64,000 nucleotides of DNA from Vicugna vicugna (taxonomy: Eukaryota). Position 1 is the first letter of the stretch, and each line of letters begins with the position of its first letter. Below the pieces are notes generated by a model. It had not been told where the DNA came from, did not search any database, and saw nothing but the letters and a program-made list of their open reading frames with translations. The position numbers and the translations under genes were made by a program. The stretch is from contig MU058584.1 in NCBI GenBank assembly GCA_013265495.1, positions 6,538,407-6,602,406 of the forward strand, given 5' to 3'. Shown here piece after piece: positions 29,463-42,426 of the stretch.

Positions 29463-30059
29463 TGAAGACTGTTAAAAAACACAAGTTGTAGGTTTCAGAC
29501 TGGAGCAGGTACTAATAAGGATTATAAATGGGCAGCTTGAGAACAGAATCCGTTTCTAACTGTGTTTCTCTTGGCAGCACGGTATTTTTAAAAATCAAAG
29601 TGAACGCCTTTAAGTAGGGCAGAATGTGCCTTGCTGCACATCCTCCCCAGGGCTTCCCACCCTTCCAGATTCATGTTATAAACATTGTCCATCTGAGCAG
29701 GTGACTCTGCACCCCTCTCCCACGAGCTTTCAACTTGAGCTGCAGGGTGGCCAAAGGGAGGGACTCTCCGTCCCCCTCCCTCAGGTTTCCTCCCCGACTC
29801 TGGGACTGTACAAATCTTCAAGAAACATAGTATACACATACCAGGCATGGACACGGATGGGAGTGGGAAATGAACGCATCAAAGACCTTCCACTTAGGAA
29901 CTGCATAAAGAGCACGTTCGAGTAGATGATTTTGCGAAGCGAAGAAGGGTAGGGACACGTAAGACAGGGTAAAGAGAGGACAGCAGTTCTCTCTAACATG
30001 AATGCCATGACTCAGCAAATCCAAGTCAGACACCTAGAAACAGTGCTGTCTGGGATGAG

Positions 30060-30310
30060 GAATAACAGTGACGATAACAATGCAGTAACACGAGCTGGGT
30101 CCTTGTTCACCAATGAGTGTTCTTAGCTACATAAACTAATCTGTCTAATCCTCACACCAATTCAACGAGGTAGACAGTATTACTCATCTTCAGAGGAAGA
30201 AACTGAGACACAGAGGTTAAAGTGCTTCACGCAACGTCACATAGCTAGGAAGTGGCTGAACTAAGATTTGGAGATGGATATGCCGATCCAGAGTTCGTGC
30301 TTTTTAGCAC
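30060..30310 (-). mobile_element. MIR SINE
   Basis: taatcctcaca...gaagaaactgagacacagaggttaaagtgcttcacgcaacgtcacatagctaggaagtggc. Confidence 0.75.
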
Positions 30311-31441
30311 GATAGTAGACTTTAAATAAATGAGTCTTCTGGCTAAATGCTTTTTCCAAGTAGTGCTTTGCTGTCTCTGTTGAGAGTCAAGATTCTATTA
30401 TCTTCCATATTGCTGGTGGTAGGCTGCTGTTTCGCTAAGCGAGGTGGGTCAAATCTGTCTTGTCTTCCTCACGAAATTATTGTTTGTATACCTGTGTTCA
30501 GGCTGGGCTTGAAGGATTTCTTTCTGAAGATACTAACCCTCCTGATGGGGGCTTGAGCTAGACTCAGAGGGCTGGGAAGGTAGGAACTGTATCCAACACC
30601 CTGTACTGTGAGAGACATTTGTTAACGTGAGGGACAGGGTCCTCGAGGTCTCTTTAGCCTGAAAAGAAGGTGTGTGAGGGTTTTCACCCTGGGAAACAGG
30701 GTCCTCACCCAGAAGAGGTCAGGTAGGAGGAAAACAATGTCAGTGACAAAAGGGGATAGTTGCCTGGGCACCGTGGTGCTTCCAAGGATAGGTTAGGAGA
30801 AGGCGTACACGACTATGTGTACGTTACGTGGTACATCACTGCTCTCCAGTCCCTCAGGGCTCAGGTGACAGTGGTCCACAGGCACAAAGCTCAGTCGTGC
30901 TCTCTCCGCTCTGCCGTCCCAAGCAGAACACTGAGGTCTGCCTTCCCACATCCTCTTCCCCCGTGCTGCTTACCACAGCTCTCCAAACACACTCTTTTTC
31001 TACTCTTAAATCCCTCCCTCTCTCCTTCAAAACCCCCATATTTTTTTATGCCTCAGGCTTGGCCTGCAGTGGTATAATAAATAATTTTAGGCCAATAACC
31101 CACAGTCCCTGAAAGTACCACTTTTGCCATGGTGATCTGAATTTGAAAAAAAGAAACCTGGACAGGGCCATGCTGGAATTTTTTTTTAAAGATGTGGAAG
31201 AGCAATTTTGGGTTGGGAAGCTATTTCAGCCCCATCACAACAATAAGCAGATGACTTTCCTATCTGTTGAAACTATTTTAACTTCCACCTTTTCCATCCT
31301 ACTATGTTCTAAAGTCTTTTAGAGTTGAGAGCACTTCCTATGTGAGCAGGAAAGAATTCTCCCTCCATGACCTTTCTTCTCCCTTCGTGAAGTCTCACCC
31401 TTTCCCAGTCTGAACCACTCCCTCTGACTCTGGACTTCTTT

Positions 31442-31537
31442 ATTTAAAAGAAAATTTTTAATGGAGGTACTAGGGGTTGAACCCAGGATCTCACGCATGC
31501 TAAGCGTGCACTCTACTACTGAGCTATCCCCTCACCC
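31442..31537 (-). mobile_element. tRNA-Ala-derived SINE (vic-1 type), short copy
   Basis: Reverse complement reads GGGTGAGGGGATAGCTCAGTAGTAGAGTGCACGCTTAGCATGCGTGAGATCCTGGGTTCAACCCCTAGTACCTCCATTAAAAA. 17-bp TSD TGACTCTGG(A/C)CTTCTTT at 31425-31441 and 31538-31554. Confidence 0.9.
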
Positions 31538-33102
31538 TGACTCTGGCCTTCTTTATATTTATGGCATTTACCACAACATGACATGTATTATATTGAGCTG
31601 TATGTGGGCCAACTTCCCCAACTAGACTGTGAAGTTCTCCTGGATGGAAGCCACATCTTACCATCATTGAGAAATTCTTTTTCTTTTTTTTCCTCTCCTG
31701 TCCTTTTTTCCCCTCAAACATTTATCGAGCATCTATTATTCTCCTGGAGCTGTTTTTGCTTTGCTGGGGATGAGTAAGACACTGGCCCTCTTCTGAAGGG
31801 CAGAGAAGACAGATGGGCACATCCTACTGTTAATATAGAGTAAAATGATTCCTACACTAAGGGAATGTTCGAGAATTAGTGACAGCCCAGAGGAAGGCAT
31901 GATTAATTCTGTCCGGGGAAAAAGAGGGAGAATACGTACGCATTACGCAGCCATTCTGTGAAACTCTCACAACAATAATGAATAGGTATTATTATCTTCA
32001 TTTGACTGGGAGACAAAGGATCAGAGAAATTAAATAACTACCCAAGGGCAAATGCTTAAAATCGTGGAGCCAGTATTTTTATCCAACTCTGTTAAAGCCA
32101 TGTTCTTTCCGCTCCAACATTTCACAAAGAAGGTGATGTTAAAGTTAAACCTTGAGAAAACATGTCTTTGACACCTGGACAGAGTGGGAGACTATCACAG
32201 GCAGGGAGACCACTCAGTGTGAATATACGTAGGGGGAAAATAACTGAATACATTTTGGGAGTCTTGGGCCTAGGGTAGGATTTGGAATAATAAAGGGCCA
32301 GTGCATGAGGTCCAAGAGACACAGGATGTGGCTGGATTGGTGGGCAATGAGCTAATTCTTGAACAGTCTGTGTTCTATGGTAAGACGTTTTGATTTAATT
32401 CTGTGAGTGATGGAGAGTCAGTGATGACATAAAGCGAAGCACTAATACAATTATATTTGCATTTAAAATGATAACCTTAATAGCAATGTGGAAGACACGT
32501 TAGAGAGTCTGTGAAGCCAGGCAAGGTTCTGCCTCTACTGATTTCCACCCTGGCCTGCCTTCCACGTGCTTTCCATGGTTATCTTATGTGAATGTTGCCC
32601 CCTAGAGCTGTGAAGTTGTTCCATTCCACACCATAGGGTTTCTTTCCCCCACACCTTGCCATGCTTTCCCATAGTTGCACCTAGTTCCTGTTTTGCCATT
32701 TTTCAAATGTATATGTCTGTCCTCTTTTAATAGATGGTGAGCTGCTTACAAACTGAGAATGTCTCATTTCTCCCTTCCTAGTATTTAAGCCAGGGTCTGG
32801 AACACAGCAGGCACTCCATAAAGATTTCTTGAATGAGTAAATGAATGAATAAAATTCCACAGCAGTCTGGATGAGTTGTATGATCATGAGTCAGATGTCC
32901 TTGAGCTCAGAAACAGCCATTTATTAATTGTGTGAAGTCAACAGATTACTTAATCTCACTGAAACTGTTTCCTCAACTTTGAAATAGAAACAGTAAAATC
33001 TAATTGTAGAATTGTCTTGAGAACTAGCAACATAGTATGGAATGTGCTCATAGAAGTTCCTAGCCCTAACAGCACTTAATAAATGGTAGGTTTATCATGA
33101 GC

Positions 33103-33515
33103 TGTAGCCAGTGATGTCAGCACCACCTATTTCCTTGGAACCCTAAAATTAAACACACTCCAGTCAACTTCCAGTCTTCAGTATCTGCATTTCCGTTTCA
33201 CAAATTTCTTTCTAGAACTTCAGGAGACATGCCAGTAGTGCTGGAACACTAATAACCGACGACTGACAGAAGCCAGCATACAAATCCATAGCGCTCTCCC
33301 CCTCGGGTGGGAGGTGTGTGTCCTGCATTCGTCCTTTGAGTCCCTGCAGGACTGGGCTACCAGGGAGCCGGCTGAGCAGCACACAAGCTAGAGGCTGCTC
33401 TTCCGTTGCTACTTCCTCACTCTCCTACTGGTGTTCCTTGCACCTCCCAAATAAACTATTTGCTTCTTCAATCCTTATCACAGGGTCTACTTTGGGGAAG
33501 ATGGAGAATTTTCCT
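33103..33515 (+). mobile_element. ERVL-type solo LTR (LTR16/LTR33-like)
   Basis: Ends with cacctcccaaataaactatttgc...atccttatcacagggtctactttgggga, typical of these LTR 3' ends. Confidence 0.55.
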
Positions 33516-33962
33516 TAAATATCTAATAAGTATTTTGAAAACAGATGAAGTGATGGCATTTTGAAGAATTTCGAAAAAAATTAATGTCATTGTATCTGTG
33601 GCAGAAACCTAGTGAAAGATTTTTCTTCTTCTTCTTTTTTAAATTACAATTCCAGCAGGGATTATAATCCGTATTTTGCTACCACGTGAGTTAGCCATGG
33701 AGCCCATCTCCGGTGGCTTGATGTGGGGAAGTACCTCATGATCTTGTCATAACAGTCTTTGTCCTTAACAGGTCTCTCACACGGCCCACTAGGGAAAGAT
33801 TACGGCATATGTCTACGGTTCTAGAAAGAATTCCATACTTAGCCTATATTTCCCTCGGGAAGGCATGATATAGGAAAACCAACCAGGACTTGATTCATGA
33901 AACCTCTTCTTTGTTTCTCCTCTCGCTCCTCATGCCCTTCTCTCCTCCCGACGATCTTCCAG

Positions 33963-34144
33963 GTGTGGTTTCAGAACCGAAGAGCCAAATTCCGCAGGAA
34001 TGAGAGAGCCATGCTGGCCAATAAAAACGCTTCCCTCCTCAAATCGTACTCAGGAGACGTGACTGCTGTGGAGCAGCCCATCGTACCTCGTCCTGCTCCG
34101 AGACCCACCGACTATCTCTCCTGGGGCACGGCCTCTCCGTACAG
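33963..34144 (+). CDS. PRRX1: PRRX1 coding exon 3 (182 nt): homeodomain recognition helix (Q50) and linker
   Basis: Acceptor atcttccAG|GTGTGG and donor TACAG|GTGAAT. Encodes VWFQNRRAKFRRNERAMLANKNASLLKSYSGDVTAVEQPIVPRPAPRPTDYLSWGTASPY, in phase with exon 2. Confidence 0.98.
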
Positions 34145-37100
34145 GTGAATGACTGGCCCACTCTCCCTTGCTCCACTTCCACACGTTTCTCAGCGGTCGG
34201 TCACGTTCAAAGCTGCTTGTGCAGCTGGCTGACATTTCTCACTGGGTTACCCTCTTCAGAGACATTCAACTTGCTGACATCCCCAGATTTTCACAGGAGA
34301 TTGCTAGTTGCCCCAGGAGCAGGGTGTGGGGCAGAAGAGAGAGGGACAGGCCATCAGCCATCTCCTCTTGGACTCAGGAACTCTTGCAAAGGTTTCAAAG
34401 ATGGGGAAGAATCTAAAAGGAAAGATCATTAAGCTCTGCCCAGAGTCCCTCTTGCAATCATTCTGGAACAAAATTTTACCCCATTTCTAAATTTAAGATA
34501 GATTTGTTTTATTATGCTTAAGTAGGAATCTAACACACAAGGTTCTAAGTGTATGACCAAAGGCAAACTTCACAGTAAAACTGATTTTGAATGAAAAGGA
34601 AAAAAGGAAGAAAGGAAAAAAAGGAGAGAGACAGAGAGAGATTGAGAAGGGAAAAAAAAAAAGTCCAAGGTCACTCAGATCCTGTTCCTGGCCACAATTC
34701 TTTGTTAGTAGGTGGGGATGTCTTATGATCCAAGATGCTTCCTATTCTGTTGCTAATTCTTACCTACTTATCTGAAGTTTTTTGGGAGTTAGTTTGTGTG
34801 TGTTTTTTAAAAAATATATATAAAAACAAAGTATAATTTACACTAAATTTTTATATTTAAAAGGTGAAAAATACTAAAAAAGCAAATAGAAGACTATTTC
34901 AAAAAAAAAAAAGCACTTGGAAAGGCTTTTAACCTCCATTTATTATGCTGTTGAGAACACACAGATTAATGCCAGAGGGAAGCTGAGACACACGTGCCTA
35001 GGGCAATGTCATCAGCCTTAAGTGTCATTCTTTAAACCTCAGCCTGAGTACTCTTAGAAACCAGATCCAGGCTCAACTCTCTGGCCCATTGCAGTGGAAG
35101 GCCAACTATTCACAAATTCGTTTATTACGCTTCTGTTTACCTTTTTATTGTTAAGGTTAATTAAGGGTTTAAAGAGAGGTTTTAAACTGATTGTAGGAGA
35201 TTATCTCTCAGCTGGGGCTGAACTCCTGCTATGAAACACAACATTTGTGAAATGTAAATACTTTCCAAAAGTTGATTGCTCTAATCAAAGCCAAGAAGCC
35301 TCACCTAAATATTCTTTCTGTTTCAAATAAGTTCCTTGAAAGAAACGCCATAAATGCATTTGGAAACTTTTTTTTTTAATCCCCTATTGTAAAATTTGCC
35401 TGAATTACTTTGGTCTTTGTACATAGAAACCCTATGCAAAGGAAATTGGAAATTTCTATTGCTCTCAGATAGAGTATGCCTTGCTGATTTCAAAAAGATT
35501 AGTCAATCTGTATGTCCTATTTAAAATTTAGACTCCTCTTCCATAGAATTTACTAAAAACACATTTTGAAGACCACTGTGAAATCACGTAATCTTTAAAT
35601 TTTGAAATACGTCAAAGACTGCTTTGTTTCTCTGATACATATGGATAGTTCACAGACTCATTAAATGGCTTGGGAAATGGATATGCTTCGGAGCTTGATG
35701 TTTCAAGGCCTCTGATTTGAATTTGGTCACAATCAGCAAGTTTTGCTTACTTTTCTTCCTGGGTCCTAGTGAGGAACTTTCCGTACCAGCTCTAATAACC
35801 CAGATAGCTGTCATGTGGTTCTTACCAATGAGAGGCGGAGGGCAACACACTGCATAAGCAGGGATGAAATCCTTCCTGAATCAGTACTGGCTAGATTCCC
35901 TGGACCTCAGCACAAGTTCAAGCCCCAGTGCCTGCATCATTTATCCTTTGTATATGGGCATCTACCTGAAACTATTAACATGCAATTTATGTGTGCTTTT
36001 TGGGGAAGTGTTCTATTTTAATTTGAAAGATTATGTAGAAATACTAGGTACATTTTTCAAAAACATTCATAATTCCACCATCTTGAGATAATTAGTTTGT
36101 TTATTTTTGCAATTAGAGTTCAGTATTTTTTATAGTACAGATTTAGTGTATATACTATTTTGTATTCTGCTCTTTTCACTTAAAATCATATAACCTAGTA
36201 CTTACTCATTTTATGGTATACTTTTATATCATTTCTCTCTTAGACACAGAGTTTGTAAAAAATAATTAAAAGTTCATAGAATCTGATTGTTCATATTCTG
36301 TATGAAGAACAAATTAATTTCCAGCTTTAAGTAGAAAAATGGTGGTTTAAGCAGTAATTTAATCAATAATAATGTTTTTGACCCAATGTTGACTGAAGTG
36401 TTTATATTTTGATTAATTTCTCAAAGTGGCAAAAAGCTATTCTGTTACTTCGAGAGTTTTCTGCTATGTTTAGAACCAAAATACGTTATCATTTCATATT
36501 TTGAAGCTCGGTAGGAAATACAAGTCTTGTTGAGGAACTATAAAAGAAAAACAAGCGGTGAAAAGCCGAGGAAACGGTAGACCTTTTGTGTTATGGAAAA
36601 GTAACTCGCTATTTCTGTTGGTACCATTATGTCAAGTTAGTTATCTCACATGTGACATTCATTAAAAGGCATTTCTCTTGGTTAATCCTTGGTTAATGCT
36701 CCTGTGTGGCAGCTCTGTCCTTGATCTGGTTCCAAAGAGACTGAACACTTGCCCGAGTTTAAGCCTTCAGTAAGCAGAATTAGAGCCAGAGCTCACGATC
36801 CCTGTCTCTGTCCAACATGTTAGGCCACATAACTATGTTTTCATTCAAATTAAACTTTACATGATATTGAAAATAGCAAAAAGTTTATAAGACTGGGAAA
36901 CTACGTAAACATGCCTGTTTGATTCAGGGTCTGTCTCAGATCCGTCAAGCATGCCTGTGCCTGAGGTCCATGTACTGGGGTGTGTGGGCTGCCCCCTGGA
37001 ATGAGTGATGTGGCTTGGTCATGCAGTCCATGTTCATTGAGCAGACAGTTTTGCCAGAGAGGACAGTTTACTGACTTCCACAGCTCTCCCCTGAAAGAAG

Positions 37101-37199
37101 AGAGGAGGAAACCAAGACTCAAAGCAACAGTGTGCATATGGTCAGAATTACGGGATGGGAAACAGCCAACACATTTTTTTTCTGGGTGTCTTTTATATC

Positions 37200-37338
37200 C
37201 AGAGTGATGGCTGTATAATTTATCATCTAAACTGGGACACTTCTGAGAGTAAAAGGGGAGTGCTATTAATAATGACACTAGGACAACAGGCATAAACCAG
37301 GACTGTCCCTGGCAAACTGAGACATATGGTTCACTCTA
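37200..37338. mobile_element. hAT-Blackjack MITE (MER94-like)
   Basis: Terminal inverted repeats AGAGTGA...TCACTCT, internal GGGACA/TGTCCC motifs and an 8-bp TSD TTTATATC / TTTATAGC. Confidence 0.75.
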
Positions 37339-37944
37339 TTTATAGCATGTCCTGACCTCCATCATTCCCTTGAGCATGTTAGAAGTGATGATGTCAGGCA
37401 GGCGACTGAGTCACCAGAAGGAGCAAAGCATCCTCTAACACGGACACTACTGTCCTGGCAGGTGTCTTTTTTATCTACCCGTAGCCAGCTGAAGGAAGCT
37501 TGTCTTTGGCATCCATGCTCACTGCTTAGCTCAGAATTGTTCCTTTAGGTAAATGAAAGTGCACAAAAGCACCGGAGTTACTAAGATTCATTATCTTGTA
37601 GTGCTTTTCCTCTTGGGTAGCAGTGATTAACCAAGTCCTGGACTTTTGACTGTTGTTTTAGATGAAGTAGTCAAGAAATCTTTCCACAGAGATATCCTTT
37701 CCTATGAAAGATAAAGAACGACCAGGCTCTGCAGTACTGGTCTGGAATGCCATTTCCAGAGGGAGGGCTGGGCTTCAAAGAAAACTAATGACAAAAGAAA
37801 GAGAGGCCAGCGATCCTTATTCACAATCTCCCTCCCCCAACCTTCTCCTCCTTCTCCTCCCCTCATTTGATCGTGGTCACGGTGCTGCCTGACATCTGCT
37901 GAACGCATTTGGCTCATTTCTCCCTTTCACACTTTCAAAAATAG

Positions 37945-38016
37945 ATCCTCGTCCCTCCCAAGATGTTGTTTACACGAGGGGCTTCATAACGGATTCTAAC
38001 GGAAGACACTGAAAAG
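37945..38016 (+). CDS. PRRX1: PRRX1 alternative 72-nt cassette exon 4; coding 37945-37999, giving the short OAR-less isoform ending RSSSLPRCCLHEGLHNGF*
   Basis: aaaatAG|ATCCTC...GAAAAG|GTAACT. The phase-2 junction AG+A gives Arg, followed by SSSLPRCCLHEGLHNGF and TAA at 37997-37999. Matches the known short-isoform C-terminus. Too short for the ORF track. Confidence 0.95.
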
Positions 38017-38189
38017 GTAACTTGTCAGAGGGGGAAGAGGGTGGCTGCTGGGGGTAGGGTTTAAGTGGGAATTAAGTGTGTTCAAGAAAGTAGAAATGAA
38101 AGTAGTGAGGTCCTCGAGTGGGGAATACTATTGGAAACCAGAGCTGCAAGAAAATATGTCCTTAAAGTTAAGGGTAGTCTGATAGCCTA

Positions 38190-38358
38190 AAGCAGGGCTC
38201 TTCAAAGATTAGTGGGCATATGAATCACCGGGATTCTGTTACAACACAGACTCAGATTCAGTAAGTCTGGGCAGGACCTGGGATCTGCGCCTCTAACATG
38301 CTCCCATGTGATGCCCATGCTGTTGACACTTGGCACATACTTTGAATCGTGAGGCTTT
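38190..38358. mobile_element. hAT-Charlie MITE (MER5A-like)
   Basis: gaatcaccggga...gattcagtaagtctggg...tctaacatgctcccatgtgatgcc...cacatactttga pattern. Confidence 0.7.
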
Positions 38359-41300
38359 AGATGACTGTAGGATTTGCGACAGAGGTCAGAAGAACGATGT
38401 TCTTGTCCTGGCTCTTGTTGCTCCCCAGGCCAGTTGGATCATTAGTCTCTTATGTAGGTTTGTATCTAAGATTGAACTAGTGATAGTTTCCTTATTTGAT
38501 ATCTCACCAGGGGTATTTGGAACCAATGGGTAAGCAATGTGCAATTCAAAAAAAGAAATACAAAAATCATTAAAACAACAGAAAGATGCAAGGCTTCATA
38601 CATAAAACATCTCTAGGAAGAAAAGTTCAGGATGGCAGAGGGATCACTGAATGTGCAGTGCAAACTGAAGGCTCTCTGACGAAATATAGTCCAAATGTGT
38701 CCACTTTCAGAGCTACATATACCTTTAAAAAATCAACTTCTGAATCTTAAAAATAGAAGTTGAAAATAATTATTTAAATCACAAAAGATCACTTCTAAAA
38801 GGATTTATCAGGTCTTTGTCTGAAAGTAAATTTTGCTAGGAATACTCATGTTGAATTTTCTTACATGAAGCAAGTACACCTAAAGTGTTCTTGCACTGAC
38901 AAAAGAACAAACCAAAGATGATCGCCAACCTCTACACATCACGGACAGGGTCGTGAAAACCTCAGGCTCTGCAGTCTTGGGAAAACTACCGAGCTGGGAA
39001 GCCCTGGGGTCTCAGGAAGACACACGGACTTCTTGCGCTGACAGATCTGTCTTTGGGGTGAAATTTTCAACAGCTTGTCATCATTTGTCCAAAAGGGCCA
39101 AATAGAAAACAAAGTTAGAGTTGAAAACTGAGTCAGGCATTATTTTCCCCCCAGCTCTCCTCAATTATCTTGTGATTTGTGGGATTTGCACTCTGGGTGA
39201 TTAGAAAGCCGAGGGGTAGATGTTCATGCGTTTCTTGGCTTTAGAACCACCCCATGTATAGTATTTTCCATACTTCCTTGGTGTTTGGCAGTCATTTTAA
39301 CACATTCTTCCTCTCGACATCCTTTCAAGGTAGGTTGAAATTATCAAAAATGATTTGTCCCCAGTGAAAACAGAACTCTAACCCTGCCAGTGGTTAGCAT
39401 TCTGCTGTGTATGTCTGAACTCCATCTGTTAGGGATCTCCAAATAAGGAGATGGAAAAATTTCAAGCTTACTTAAATGTGTCAGCTCTGTGCAAGTCCCA
39501 GAGCAGATCTGCTGAATCAACAGATGGGATACAAGCATTTCTTTTTCATCTCTAATTCCTTAACACCCTTTATTTAGCAATGCAGTTTCTTGGTCATGGA
39601 CACAAAGAACTTTACATTCTTAAAAGTGAAATAGAAATGTTACTGTGGCCAAGCCCTGTAAGCCCAGTTGCTGTGCTCATCTCACGTCTGCCTCCTGTTA
39701 GAGGGATGGGTGGTTCTAACTCAGAAGGCAAGACCAATGGGCGGGGTCTCTGGGTGTTGGTAAGCAGGCTCTTCGTGTTTTCATGTGCTACTCTGTACAA
39801 CTTACTTAGTTTCAACTTCACCCTTTTATCCCAGGAAGCTTAATCCTGTTTGGGAAGAGTGGTCATTCTACATGGTTTGAATGGCCCTATAAAAAAAAAA
39901 AAAGTGGTTGACAACAGCTTACTAACCTCACTGGTTTCTGTCTTGTGTGAAAAAAATCTCAGGATTCTCTTTCTTTTCCTAACAGAGAGCTCTAACAGCT
40001 TTGATGACATGGAAAACAGGTGGTCATGAACAATCTTTCAAACTGGCAGCCACTCAAGTCTCTCTTGCATCTGTTGTCACTTTTGGAAGTGGGTCCTCTC
40101 CACTTTACTTCTCATGCCTTTTTAAAGCATGACTAAGCTGCTCTTAGATTAATTCTGTCTTTTCTGATGCATAACATGTCTCTCTTGTCACTGGTATGTC
40201 AGAGGACTGGTCCCTACTTGCCTAAGAGGCACTTTTAGTTGAGAAACTAAACTCATGTCAAACTACAGGAGGGAAAGCAGATTTGTTTTGTTTAGTATGT
40301 GCACAAAGTAGCACTGTAATCTCTACCTACAGAGTTATGTACTCTACACGTGTGTTTAGAGGCTGTGAATTAAGACCGTCTCTGTGCTTTTATCCTATTT
40401 CTTGTGGCTCTGCAATGCTGAAATAAGTCAGACCAATTTTTGAAAGTTTATAACTTTTCCAAACATTTATTGAGTGAAAACATGATCACTTATCAAGTGT
40501 CTAGAGAACTGCAAAACTCACTCTTTAACATCAGCTGCTTTTTTTATTCTCACACCTAACTTGAGAGCTACCTGTAAGGCATTGTCATGGTCTCACTAAC
40601 ACAGTGGTGTCTTTCTAACAGCACCACAGTACAATTAGACAAGGATGCTGTTCTCAACTCTGCAAACACAGGCTGCCGTTGAAGGAAAAATGTCTCTGTG
40701 AAAATCCAATCTTCTGTATAAAATAGAGCTCTAATTTTATTAATTTGGTTTTGCGATGGGAAATGGATCAATATTCATCTCATTTGGGATATTAACATTT
40801 GGCCTTCTTAGAGAATCTCAGTATTTCCAAGAAATGTGTTGCCATCCTGAGTCTTCAGACTAGAAAACCAGATGATATTAGTAAACTATGAAGTAACTAC
40901 AGCAAAAAATGGTTATATAATAACCATGGAATCACAACCATAGTAGACATTACTAGAAAACAGTTAACAGTACCTTCAGTAAACTAAAATAATTCCCCAA
41001 GGTTCTAATTCCCTTTGTCTGCTAAGGAAAATGGACCACACCTCTGATCATTCAAAAAAAAAAAAAAAAAAAAAGAGCGAGAGAAAGAGAGAATCTCTAT
41101 CAAACAGGACTCGGCTTGTCCAGAATCTCAAAGGATGGAAAACATATCGCTCAAAAAATTGGGCCAAATACTTAAAAGCACAATACTCCATGACAATCTA
41201 TAGTTTGCCATCAGAGAATTTTCTTTCTTTTCTCTCTCTCATGAAGTTTTAGCCTCCTATTTTCAGAAGCTATTCAACTTTATTCTCAGTACTTAACAAA

Positions 41301-42384
41301 TGATACAGATCATTCAAATTTCCAGCTTCTGTTCTATGCATTTAAAATGGTACCATTTTAGGGCTTAATTCCTTAGGGCTTAATTTTCTCACAGAAACCT
41401 TGCTGAGAACGGCTGGTTTGGTTGATTTCATGATCTATAACTTAGGTACATTTCCCAAATCCAGTTGTCTCTTTTCTTAGCTACTTAGAACTTTGCTTTC
41501 TTTGAAATCTTAGGTTTCAGTATATCCTAGCAATTTCTTGAGTATGAGATTTATGGATATCCATGTATTTCTAGTAACATCTTGAATAGAAGCATGTAAT
41601 TCATATACAACATAAATGATAATACGTCCATGGTTTTTGAAAATAAGTGAGACTTCTTGATACATTGTAAAAAAAAAAAAATCTTGTCCTGTTTTGACAG
41701 GCTATTCTGATTATTTATCTCACTCCTAATTGAAACTCACCTGAACTGGGGATTCTTTTTCTGCTTTTGTCTTTTGATAGACAGTGGTAGAAGTAATAGT
41801 GTATTCGGTAAATCTAAACTGCATCAATATTTGTTCTTTTTTTAATTGTTAAAAGCTGTTTGTGATGAATTAAGAATATGCAATCATCAACCGCTGCTTT
41901 TGTCATGTCTCTTCTGATTCTACTCATTCTGTTAAGATAACAGAATTAATGGGAAGAACTGGTTCCTTAAAATAAAAGCATATTGGTAAAATATTTTTGT
42001 AAATCATTACTCACAGCAGGATGACAGAGATCTTTGATATTGAAAAGCCATCGGTTTAATCATACTAAATCTAGATATTTCTCAGTTTGTTATCTATTCA
42101 TTAAATACTTTCTTGGACGCTGAATATGGGCTAGATATGGTGTTAGCACTTCCTGGGGCACAGCAGTGAACAAGGCAGATATGGTATCTATGGAGTTTAT
42201 AGCCGAGGAATTAAAATAAGAGCTAAAAGGAAAAGTACAGGGTGCTATAGGTGAACCTAACTTTGTGCAGACAATTAAGATCACGTATCCAGAAATGAGT
42301 ATGGGCGTAAGCATGAAGCACACAAAAATGAAACAGAAAAGAGTATAGGATTCTTTTAGAACACTTCTGAGTCTTTTTCCTTCC

Positions 42385-42387
<3 letters not shown>

Positions 42388-42418
<31 letters not shown>

Positions 42419-42426
42419 CTCTCTCA
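42388..42426 (+). repeat. Compound (AC)n(TC)n microsatellite
   Basis: Read directly. Confidence 0.9.
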
